Source: Oligoflexia bacterium
Lineage (GTDB): Bacteria > Bdellovibrionota > UBA1018
Assembly (NCBI GenBank): GCA_963758495.1
Contig: CAVWVI010000003.1
Coordinates: 1,248,001-1,312,000, forward strand
Direction: 5' to 3'
Length of the DNA stretch: 64,000 nt
In this document: piece by piece, positions 1 to 9,600 of the stretch
Layout: each line of letters opens with the position of its first letter
Numbering within the stretch: position 1 is the first letter of the stretch
Position numbers and translations under genes: made by a program
The notes under the pieces: generated by a model
Database searches by the model: none
What the model was told of the DNA's origin: nothing
Seen by the model: only the letters and a program-made list of their open reading frames with translations

Positions 1-51
1 TGATCCAAATTTCTATTTGTCAGATAATAAATCTATAGTGACAGGAGGCGT

Positions 52-405
52 ATGCAGGGACTCCTCAGATTTTTATTACTTTATTGTGCTTTGTTTTTCA
101 TAGCCGCTGTTGGGTGCAGTAAAGTGACCTTAAATAGTCCAGACGATGCCTCAACTACTCCCGTTGGAATTCTACCCAATGCTACCCCTTCCTCTCCCCC
201 GGTTACTTCTACTTCTATATCGGCAGGAGCAACTCTGACTGGCCCTACCATTGGCACAGGTGCAGGGATCACTCGAGGACAAGGCATCACTCTTATTGCT
301 TCAATAGGAAGTACGGCCCATGCTTTAAACTCGATTCAATCCATGCAAAGTTCCGTAAATATTCAATGTATTCCTGGAAATTCGGATATCATTCCAAACC
401 ATTAG
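52..405 (+). CDS. Small predicted lipoprotein consisting mostly of a ~80-aa domain shared with the C-terminus of the 1666..5466 protein
   Basis: AGGAGG RBS; hydrophobic signal peptide with lipobox-like AAVG-C; aligns by eye with the C-terminus of the Ig-repeat protein. Confidence 0.7.
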   Translation: MQGLLRFLLLYCALFFIAAVGCSKVTLNSPDDASTTPVGILPNATPSSPPVTSTSISAGATLTGPTIGTGAGITRGQGITLIASIGSTAHALNSIQSMQSSVNIQCIPGNSDIIPNH

Positions 406-500
406 GCCAAACCACTAGTTCGCTCACACTCCCTGAAACTCAAATTAGATTTAAAAAATATTTTATATAATTACTAAAACTAATATAATATATTAAACAT

Positions 501-1262
501 ATGACAAACTCACTTTCTATTCGCACTGCACTCAAGGCCGGCCTATTACTTACTGTTTTATTTTTGGGATACTGCGGTGTCCATTTTCTTTACGTAAAAA
601 GAACTATGGAAACCACTCGCGCGGCACTCAATCAGGGTTTTACTATGTTAGCTGTAGAAAGACTGGAGCCTGTGAAAAAGGATATCCCTAAGAAAGCAGG
701 GGGATGTGAGTTATTGGTTGAAACTTATTTCGCAGCAAAAAGAGTGGATCTCCTTCAATGGGCTGCAGAAGCTTGCATGGATGCAGGAAAAGATAATCCG
801 ACCATTTCTATCGCCTTGGCCACCAGCTATGAATTGCGAAATCAAGATGGCATTGCAGCACAAATTATGCAAGGCGCTATCAAAAAATTTGAGAAAAGTG
901 CTGATGTTTATTTTCACTCCGCTCAAATTTTAAAACGGAATAAAAATGTAGAAGAAGCGTCAAAATTTCTATCCATGGCCATTGATCGCGCACCGCAGAA
1001 TCAAAATATGGTTTTAGATGCCTTGCAATATTATTTAGAAACAAAACAAAATGATTTAGCGCGAACGATGGCAACCCGATTAAAGGCGACTAAAATCGAC
1101 AATCCAGAAGTCAAGCTCGTGATTGCCCGAGGTCTTAAAAAAGGTGGAGATTCAGCGGGTGCAAAAGCGCAGGTTCAAGAAGCCCTCCAGATAGCGAGTT
1201 CTGATCCAAAGCTTAAAGCACAGCTAGAAGCAGCCTATAAGGATGTGATTTCCACGCAGTAA
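501..1262 (+). CDS. N-terminally membrane-anchored TPR-repeat protein (copy 1)
   Basis: N-terminal hydrophobic helix and helical TPR-like repeats (e.g. ADVYFHSAQIL...EEASKFLSMAIDRAP); near-identical paralog at 5528..6289. Confidence 0.8.
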   Translation: MTNSLSIRTALKAGLLLTVLFLGYCGVHFLYVKRTMETTRAALNQGFTMLAVERLEPVKKDIPKKAGGCELLVETYFAAKRVDLLQWAAEACMDAGKDNPTISIALATSYELRNQDGIAAQIMQGAIKKFEKSADVYFHSAQILKRNKNVEEASKFLSMAIDRAPQNQNMVLDALQYYLETKQNDLARTMATRLKATKIDNPEVKLVIARGLKKGGDSAGAKAQVQEALQIASSDPKLKAQLEAAYKDVISTQ

Positions 1263-1304
1263 TCAGCCACGAACGCCTTTTGAAGCGTGAAAAAAACGCA
1301 GCTC

Positions 1305-1340
1305 GGGCAGTCAGCAAAAATTTGTTGACTGCCCTTTTTT
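1305..1340 (+). terminator. Rho-independent terminator
   Basis: GGGCAGTCAGCAAA/TTTGTTGACTGCCC stem followed by a T run, just after the TPR gene. Confidence 0.75.
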
Positions 1341-1386
1341 ATGCCTAAAACGAAAAATCCTACCACATGGCCTCTGATTAAAACCG

Positions 1387-1422
1387 CCACAGCGTTAACC
1401 ACAGCGTTAACCACAGCGTTAA
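1387..1422. repeat. 12-bp tandem repeat CCACAGCGTTAA x3
   Basis: Read directly from the sequence. Confidence 0.9.
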
Positions 1423-1665
1423 TAAGATCCCCCATTCGTTCCGAAGCTATTTATTTTTTACCAATACTAATTCATTCATTTTAATTTAATTAATTATACA
1501 TACTTACACTTATTAAGTTTAACTAAGCCCGCGTCTTCTTAGACATATTGGAGGCTCAATCTGAACATGCTAGCCTAGTAACTGTATTAGACTGTATTAG
1601 ATAGAGTCTGCATATACACCTCTCCTATAAATGGGAGAAGTTACTGGAGACAAAGAGAATACAAA

Positions 1666-4600
1666 ATGAAGCAGTTTGTAATAAAAAATTTTTTAGCAGT
1701 TACCCACTTCCTTCCTCGCTTATTTAAAGGATGTAGAATTGCGCCAACTCTTGCCCTCCTTACATTTTTAAGCTACTCAAGCCCTTTCGCATTTGCAGGT
1801 ACTGCCACCCAGATTATTTTCAGCACCCAACCCGGAGGGGGGTCAGCCGGATCCCCATGGAACACGCAACCTGTACTCACTCTCATAGATGCTAATGGAA
1901 ATACGACGACTTCTGATTACACCACAAGAGTCACGCTTTCTCTCACTTCAGGAACAGGTGTACTCAGTGGGCAGGTGAGCAAAGCAGTTACACAAGGTGT
2001 AGCGACTTTCTCGGGCTTAAATCTCAATTTAGTAGGCACAAAAAGACTCACAGCGAGCACAGCAACATTGACAGCAACGAGTAATTCCTTTTCCATTGTT
2101 CCTGGAGCTGAATATCAGATTGGTTTCCTAGTTCAGCCAATCGGAGCATTAGCAGGATCCGTCTTGAGTTCTCAGCCCATAATTGCGATGCTGGATTACG
2201 ATGGTAATGTCGTGACTTCTGATTCCATCACCCAAGTCACGCTCTCTCTCAATACAGGTAACACGGGGACGCTGAATGGCACAGTTGTGCAAACGTTCTC
2301 ATCAGGCTTAGCCTCCTTCTCAGGGCTGAGTATTAACCTGCCTGGGCCGAAGACTTTTCTAGCGAAAACCTCCAATTCAAGCCTAGGCATAATTGCCTCT
2401 AATTCTGTTCAAATTACCGACGTTCCTACGCAGCTCGCTTTTATTACCCAGCCGCCAAGCAGTCAAAACGCAAGTACTACGTGGAGTACCGCTCCCGTGA
2501 TTGCAATCCAAGATGCCAATGGTAATACCATCACGACTAATTCCACGACACAAGTCACACTTTCTCTTGGCACGGGTACAGGCACCCTAGGTGGAACACT
2601 CGTACAAACCGCTTCTGCTGGACTGGTGACTTTCCCAGGATTAAGTATTAATCTCACGGGCTCAAAACAACTCTCCGCATCTTCTGGATCACTCACATCC
2701 GCCACGAGTAATTCCTTTTCGATCGTCCCCATTCCGATCAGCATAGCTAAATCAACGGTCAGTGCCAGTCCGAATTCAGTAAACGCAGATGGAATTCAGA
2801 CTTCTACAATTACAGTTAATTTATTAAGCGCAAACTCGATCCCCATTGTAGGTCATGCAGTCAGTCTTTCTTCAAGTCGCGGAGCACTGGATACCATCTC
2901 GGCTCCTTCTGGAGTCAGTGACAGCAATGGAAACGTCACTTTCACGGTAAGTTCCACCAAAGTCAGTTCAAGTCCCTCTACATTTACTGCAACAGATACG
3001 ACAGCTTTGGTTACGATTATACCCAGTGTAGGGACGGTAACTTTTGTCACTGCGCCCGCTGCAAAGCTTGCTTTTACAACACAACCGAGCGGAGGGACCG
3101 CAGGTACCGCTTGGATTACTCAGCCAGTAGTGACACTCCAAGATGCGAGTGGAAATACAGTTCTTTCTGACTCAAGCACCCAGATCACCCTTTCTCTGAG
3201 TTCTGGTACAGGCACTCTCAGTGGTACTGTCATTCAGACCGTCTCTTCTGGAGTGGCCATTTTCTCAGGCTTAAATATGAATCTCGTAGGCTCCAAACAA
3301 CTCTCCGCTTCCTCAGGATCTCTGACTTCAGCCACCAGTAATTCGTTTTCGATTACTGCTGGAGTAGGCACCCACTTAGCCTTCATTTCTCAGCCGAGTG
3401 GAGGAGTCGCTGGAACTGCTTTTACGACTCAGCCGGCAGTAGCAGTCCTAGATGCTTACGGAAATACAGCCACATCTTCGAGCGCCTACATTGTCCTCAC
3501 TCTCACGTCTGGCTCAGGCACTCTCAGCGGCCAGCCTAGCAAAACCGCGAGTTCGGGAGTTGCTACTTTCTCAGGTCTCAGTATGAATTTAGTGGGCACA
3601 GACCAGGTCACCGCGTCCTCAGGCACTCTCACTCCGGTGACCAGTAATTCCTTTTCGATTACTCCTGGCCCCCTGGCGCAAATCATTTTCAGCAGACAGC
3701 CGAGTGGGGCGCCCGCAGGGACTGCATTCGCGACACAACCTATAATAGCACTCCAGGATACTTTTGGAAATCTTCTCACTTCTAATTCAAGTTCGCAGGT
3801 CACACTCTCTCTTGCTACGGGATCGACAGGGACCCTAAGCGGAACCTTGACACAAACCGCTTCTGCTGGACTGGTCACTTTTACCAACCTATCTGCCAGC
3901 ATGACAGGCTCTCAGCGCCTGATGGCCAAGTTAGGTTCTCTCCTCATCCAAAGTAGCGCTATTTCAATTACACAAGCAACGGCGAATGCCGCTAACTCTA
4001 CTCTCAGTGCAAGTCCAAGTTCAGTGACCGCGGATGGCGTACATACTTCTACTATTACGGTGACTCTATATGACATATTTAATAACCTGGTTACGGGTGA
4101 TGCAGTCAGTCTTTCTTCGAGCCGTGGAGCACTGGATACCATCTCGGCTCCTTCTGGAGTCAGTGACTCAAATGGTCATGTGACTTTTACAGTAAAATCC
4201 ACGACCGCAAGCACAACCCCTGCAACCTTTACCGCAATAGATACTTCAGCTTCAGTTACGGTTCTGCCTTCGGTGGCATCGGTCACGTTTACGCCTGGAA
4301 CGGCTACACAACTTGTTTTCACGACGCAACCCGTCGGAGGGACCATGGGGTCCGCTTGGAGTACCCAACCGATTGTGGCCCTTGAAGATGCCAACGGGAA
4401 CAAGGTTATTTCTAATTCAATCTCTCAAGTCACCCTAGCTCTCAATTCGGGAACAGGCACTCTGAATGGAACTTTGGTAAAAACCGCCTCTTCTGGATAC
4501 GCCTCTTTTACAAACGTAAGTGCAAGTATGATCGGCACGAAGCAACTGGTGGCAACCTCGGGTTCATTAACGGCAGCGACCAGTAGTTCCTTTACGATTG

Positions 4601-5466
4601 CAGCTAACCTCGTGAGTGCTTTCAATTCTACCTTAGCTGCAAGTCCAACTTCAATAACGGCAGATGGAGTCCACACTTCTACCATTACAGTGACGTTAAA
4701 GAGCTCGAGCAATAATCCCATCGTTGGCGACACAGTGAGTCTTTCTTCGAGTCGAGAACCACTGGATACCATCTCGGCTCCTTCTGGAGTCAGTGACTCA
4801 AATGGTCATGTGACTTTTACAGTAAAATCCACGACCGCAAGCGATGGCGCTGTGACCTTTACCGCAACAGATACTTCGGCTTTGGTTACGATTCTACCCG
4901 CAGTCGCCTCGGTAACTTTCACTCCTGGCGCCGCTGCAAAGCTCGCTTTCACAACTCAACCTATACCTTCAAACTCGGGCGGAGCTTTAAGTACTCAGCC
5001 AGTAGTTACGATAGAAGATGCCAATGGAAATACCATTACATCTGATTCAAGTTCACAAATCACACTTTCTCTTGTTTCTAGTATAGGTACTCTCAGTGGA
5101 ACACTCATTGAGACCGCTTCTGGCGGCGTGGCTGTTTTCTCCGGCTTAAGCGTTGATCTGACAGGCCCCATACAGTTGACCGCCACTTCAGGCGCATTCA
5201 CGGTAAGCAGTTTAAATGATAATCCTGTTGGAATTCTGGGATCATCACCGTCTCCCTCCCCGACCCCAGATACAGTATCGGCTGGAAAACCCCTGCCCAA
5301 TTTTGCGATTGCGGCTAGCGGAGGATTCGCCCAAGGAACAGGGGTTATAGCCTTTGCTTCCGTCGGAACTGCCGTTCATTCTATCAATGCTGTTCAACCT
5401 ATTACCCAAAGCTCCGGAAGCATCCAAGCTGTTGCAGGACTCTCAACCATTCTCAAACTTCCTTAA
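1666..5466 (+). CDS. Secreted Ig-like repeat adhesin (invasin/Big_1-type domains alternating with LAFTTQP-type repeats)
   Basis: Signal peptide ending AFA; three Big_1-like units (ASPxSVxADG..TSTITVxL...SDSNGxVTFTV); several ~100-aa (L/I)xFxTQP repeats; Ser/Thr/Gly rich. Confidence 0.8.
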   Translation: MKQFVIKNFLAVTHFLPRLFKGCRIAPTLALLTFLSYSSPFAFAGTATQIIFSTQPGGGSAGSPWNTQPVLTLIDANGNTTTSDYTTRVTLSLTSGTGVLSGQVSKAVTQGVATFSGLNLNLVGTKRLTASTATLTATSNSFSIVPGAEYQIGFLVQPIGALAGSVLSSQPIIAMLDYDGNVVTSDSITQVTLSLNTGNTGTLNGTVVQTFSSGLASFSGLSINLPGPKTFLAKTSNSSLGIIASNSVQITDVPTQLAFITQPPSSQNASTTWSTAPVIAIQDANGNTITTNSTTQVTLSLGTGTGTLGGTLVQTASAGLVTFPGLSINLTGSKQLSASSGSLTSATSNSFSIVPIPISIAKSTVSASPNSVNADGIQTSTITVNLLSANSIPIVGHAVSLSSSRGALDTISAPSGVSDSNGNVTFTVSSTKVSSSPSTFTATDTTALVTIIPSVGTVTFVTAPAAKLAFTTQPSGGTAGTAWITQPVVTLQDASGNTVLSDSSTQITLSLSSGTGTLSGTVIQTVSSGVAIFSGLNMNLVGSKQLSASSGSLTSATSNSFSITAGVGTHLAFISQPSGGVAGTAFTTQPAVAVLDAYGNTATSSSAYIVLTLTSGSGTLSGQPSKTASSGVATFSGLSMNLVGTDQVTASSGTLTPVTSNSFSITPGPLAQIIFSRQPSGAPAGTAFATQPIIALQDTFGNLLTSNSSSQVTLSLATGSTGTLSGTLTQTASAGLVTFTNLSASMTGSQRLMAKLGSLLIQSSAISITQATANAANSTLSASPSSVTADGVHTSTITVTLYDIFNNLVTGDAVSLSSSRGALDTISAPSGVSDSNGHVTFTVKSTTASTTPATFTAIDTSASVTVLPSVASVTFTPGTATQLVFTTQPVGGTMGSAWSTQPIVALEDANGNKVISNSISQVTLALNSGTGTLNGTLVKTASSGYASFTNVSASMIGTKQLVATSGSLTAATSSSFTIAANLVSAFNSTLAASPTSITADGVHTSTITVTLKSSSNNPIVGDTVSLSSSREPLDTISAPSGVSDSNGHVTFTVKSTTASDGAVTFTATDTSALVTILPAVASVTFTPGAAAKLAFTTQPIPSNSGGALSTQPVVTIEDANGNTITSDSSSQITLSLVSSIGTLSGTLIETASGGVAVFSGLSVDLTGPIQLTATSGAFTVSSLNDNPVGILGSSPSPSPTPDTVSAGKPLPNFAIAASGGFAQGTGVIAFASVGTAVHSINAVQPITQSSGSIQAVAGLSTILKLP

Positions 5467-5527
5467 AATTAATTAAGTTTAAAAAAATATTTGAGATAGT
5501 TATTAAAACTAATATAATATATTAAAT

Positions 5528-6289
5528 ATGACAAACGCACTTTCCATACGCACTGCACTCAAGGCTGGCCTATTACTCACTGTTTTATTTTTGGGATACT
5601 GCGGTGTCCATTTTCTTTGTATAAAAAGAACTATGGAAACCACTCGCGCGGCACTCAATCAGGGTTTTACTATGTTAGCTGTAGAAAGACTGGAGCCTGT
5701 GAAAAAGGATATCCCTAAGAAAGCAGGGGGATGTGAGTTATTGGTTGAAACTTATTTCGCAGCAAAAAGAGTGGATCTCCTTCAATGGGCTGCAGAAGCT
5801 TGCATGGATGCAGGGAAAGATAATCCGACCATTTCTATCGCCTTGGCCACCAGCTATGAATTGCGAAATCAAGATGGCATTGCAGCACAAATTATGCAAG
5901 GCGCTATCAAAAAATTTGAGAAAAGTGCTGATGTTTATTTTCACTCCGCTCAAATTTTAAAACGGAATAAAAATGTAGAAGAAGCGTCAAAATTTCTATC
6001 CATGGCCATTGATCGCGCACCGCAGAATCAAAATATGGTTTTAGATGCCTTGCAATATTATTTAGAAACAAAACAAAATGATTTAGCGCGAACGATGGCA
6101 ACCCGATTAAAGGCGACTAAAATCGACAATCCGGAAGTCAAACTCGTGATTGCCCGAGGTCTTAAAAAAGGCGGAGATTCAGCGGGTGCAAAAGCGCAGG
6201 TTCAAGAAGCCCTCCAGATAGCGAGTTCTGATCCAAAGCTTAAAGCGCAACTCGAAGAAGCCTATAAGGATGTGGTTTCCACGAAGTAA
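5528..6289 (+). CDS. N-terminally membrane-anchored TPR-repeat protein (copy 2)
   Basis: Differs from 501..1262 at only 5 residues. Confidence 0.8.
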   Translation: MTNALSIRTALKAGLLLTVLFLGYCGVHFLCIKRTMETTRAALNQGFTMLAVERLEPVKKDIPKKAGGCELLVETYFAAKRVDLLQWAAEACMDAGKDNPTISIALATSYELRNQDGIAAQIMQGAIKKFEKSADVYFHSAQILKRNKNVEEASKFLSMAIDRAPQNQNMVLDALQYYLETKQNDLARTMATRLKATKIDNPEVKLVIARGLKKGGDSAGAKAQVQEALQIASSDPKLKAQLEEAYKDVVSTK

Positions 6290-6319
6290 TCTCCTCCAGT
6301 GCTGATGATTGAACTCTCG

Positions 6320-6352
6320 AAGACCTCCTGGAAAAACCCAGGGGGTCTTTTT
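6320..6352 (+). terminator. Rho-independent terminator
   Basis: AAGACCTCCTGG/CCAGGGGGTCTT stem plus T run after TPR copy 2. Confidence 0.7.
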
Positions 6353-6631
6353 GTTTTATAAGCGTTCTACCATAGTACCATATAACCTGACAAAACTACT
6401 TCACTCAGAACTATGCACGCTTGTGTCAAACTGTAAACTTTATTTTTTCCTGAGTCCCTAGTAACTGCATTAGCTTGATTTTTATATTTTATATAAGTTA
6501 ATTATTTAATTTTTAATTCATAACTATTTAAATTAATTACTATAATTCAAATCCCCAATCCGTGTCCAACACTACACAACTATACGATTAGCGTCAAAAT
6601 GTTATTCTTTATTTAATATTTATGAAGAACT

Positions 6632-6660
6632 TAACAATTCGCCAGAAAATATCCGATAGA
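6632..6660 (+). promoter_or_regulatory. Putative sigma-28 (FliA)-type promoter of fibre gene 1
   Basis: TAAC-N16-TCCGATAG, with CCGATA 8 nt upstream of the ATG at 6667; same arrangement before fibre gene 2. Confidence 0.4.
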
Positions 6661-6666
6661 TCCACA

Positions 6667-9600
6667 ATGAACTCAAAAATAGGGCTGTTCTTTGCCTTGT
6701 ATTTTGTATTTTTGTCAAATGCCTTCGCGTCAGCGGTCTCTGACAGTTTCTCCTATCAAGGTCAATTCTTGAATAGCGCAGGAACAGGACCGCTTTTAAG
6801 CGTGGTTGATTTGACATTGGGGATTTATGATCCGAGCGGGACCTGCTTACTCTACGAAGAAAAACAAACGGGTCTTGATCTTTCCGTTTCGGGAGGCGTT
6901 TTTTCTGTTCAAGTAGGATCAGCGGTCGGGGCTTCGCAACGCGATTCCAATGACCATGGTCTCAGCATGGATACAATCTTTGCGAATACTCCTGTCCCCA
7001 TCTTAGCAGCCGCTTCACCCAACTGTACGAACGGCTACACTCCGAGTGCTACTGATGTCAGAGAACTTCGAGTCACTGTCACTCCAGAGGATACTGGGGT
7101 GCCCTCAACTCTGAGCCCCGATCTCGTCATTGGGTCCACTCCTTATGCAAAAGTTGCAGAATCCATTCAAGGCATCTTACCTACCGGCATTATTCAAGTC
7201 ATAGGGAATGTCACTCAGGCTAATTTAACCACACTCACTGGAGGTTCCACTACTGATGCCAGTGCTTTGCATAACCATGACTCTCTCTATGTTAAATTGG
7301 GAACAAATAACCAAAGTTTCAATTTAGGTTCCAATACGACTTTAAGTATGGGCAACTCAAGTACTCTGGGTCTGGGTACAGGAAGCTTATTAGGACTCGG
7401 TACTTTCTCGACCACCCCTAGTGGATTAGGAATCTCAGACCAAGGCAAAACTTGGTACAATACTTCTACCAATGAAGTTGACTATTGGAATGGCACCACC
7501 TCTGTACCCATGGGCGGAACGGGAACGACTTCCGTTACTCTCGGAGGAGATGTCACAGGAGCTTCTGGCTCCAACACACTTTCTAGTGTAGGCACTCCAG
7601 GAACTTATACAAAAGTTACCACGGATTCTAAAGGACGAGTCATTAGTGGAACATCCCTAAGTTCAAGTGACGTGACTACCGCACTGAACTTTACTCCTCT
7701 CAGCAGCACAGGAGCGACGTCTTATTCATTACTGGGAGCCACTTCCGGTTCTCTCTCCCTGACTGTTCCTGCTACTGTCACTTCTTATTCTCTTAAATGG
7801 CCCAGTGCTGTCGCTTCCTCCTCAGGACAAGTCCTGAGTTCTGATGCCAGCGGAAATCTCAGTTGGACCTCTCCTACTAGCGGATCTGTCACCTCTGTCG
7901 CTCTTTCCGCTCCTTCATTTTTAAGCGTAACGGGTTCTCCTATCACTTCGAGCGGTACTTTATCGATGAGTCTTGCTACTCAAACTCAGAACTCAATTTT
8001 TGCCGCTCCGAATGGGAGCACAGGAACTCCTTCTTTCAGATCTTTAGTGGGAGCAGACTTACCTACTCCTTCATCCAGCTCTTTGGGTGGCGTTCAATCT
8101 CTCGCTCCTACAAGCAGCAAGTGGATTAATTCTATTTCGACTAGCGGTATTCCTACGGCTTCTCAACCTGCTTTCACCGACCTCACTGGCACTGCTACTG
8201 TAGCTCAAGGTGGAACGGGCACGACTTCTCTCACTTCAAACGGTATCCTCTTAGGAGGCGGAACGGGCGCTATCTCTGCTACTGCTACTGGAACTTCTGG
8301 ACAAGTCCTCACCAGCAATGGCACCAGTGCTCCTACCTTCCAAGCTCTTCCTTCTTCTGTAAGTAGCGTTGGAGCTTCTGCTCCTCTCGCTTCTTCCGGT
8401 GGAACCACTCCTACCATTTCTCTCACTGGAACGATTCCTGTCGCTAATGGCGGTACGGGTTCTGCCTCCGCTCTCACCCCAGGGGGCATTCTCTACGGTA
8501 ACTCTTCTACTGCTACCGGCACTACTGCTGCGGGTTCTTCTGGAAGCGTCTTGATCAGCAACGGGACTTCTGCTCCTTCTTGGACTGCTACTCCTTCTTT
8601 CTCTTCGATTTCTTCTTCGACTCAAAATTTAAATGGAGCCACTGCCGGGACTCTCTCCCTGACTGTTCCTGCTACCGTCACTTCTTACTCTCTTAAATGG
8701 CCAAGTGCTGTCGCTTCCTCCTCAGGACAAGTCCTGAGTTCTGATGCCAGTGGAAATCTCAGTTGGACCTCTCCTACTAGCGGATCTGTCACCTCTGTCG
8801 CTCTCTCCGCTCCTTCATTTTTAAGTGTAAGTGGCTCTCCTCTCACTTCGAGTGGTACTTTATCGATGAGTCTTGCTACTCAAACTCAGAACTCAATTTT
8901 TGCCGCTCCGAATGGGAGCACAGGAACTCCTTCTTTCAGATCTTTAGTGGGAGCAGACTTACCTCTTCCTTCATCGAGTACCTTGGGAGGTGTTGAAAGC
9001 ATAGCTTCAGTCCTAACAGCAATGGATCAATTCTATCTCCACGAGCGGTGTGCCTACGTTTATCTCAACCTGCTTTCACTGATCTCACGGGCACTGCTAC
9101 TGTAGCTCAAGGCGGTACAGGCACGACTTCTCTCACTTCAAACGGTATCCTCTTAGGAGGCGGAACGGGCGCTATCTCTGCTACTGCTACTGGAACTTCT
9201 GGACAAGTCCTCACCAGCAATGGCACCAGTGCTCCTACCTTCCAGGCTCTTCCTTCTTCTGTAAGTAGCGTTGGAGCTTCTGCTCCTCTCGCTTCTTCCG
9301 GTGGAACCACTCCTACCATTTCTCTCACTGGAACGATTCCTGTCGCTAATGGCGGTACGGGTTCTGGCACCGCTCTCACCCCAGGGGGCATTCTCTACGG
9401 TAACTCTTCTACTGCTACCGGTACTTCTGCTGCGGGTTCTTCTGGAAGCGTCTTAGTCAGCAACGGGGCTTCTGCTCCTTCTTGGACTGCTACTCCTTCT
9501 TTCACTTCGGTTTCTTCTTCGACTTCAATTTCTTCTTCGACTCAAAATTTAAATGGAGCCACTGCCGGGACTCTCTCCCTGACTGTTCCTGCTACCGTCA

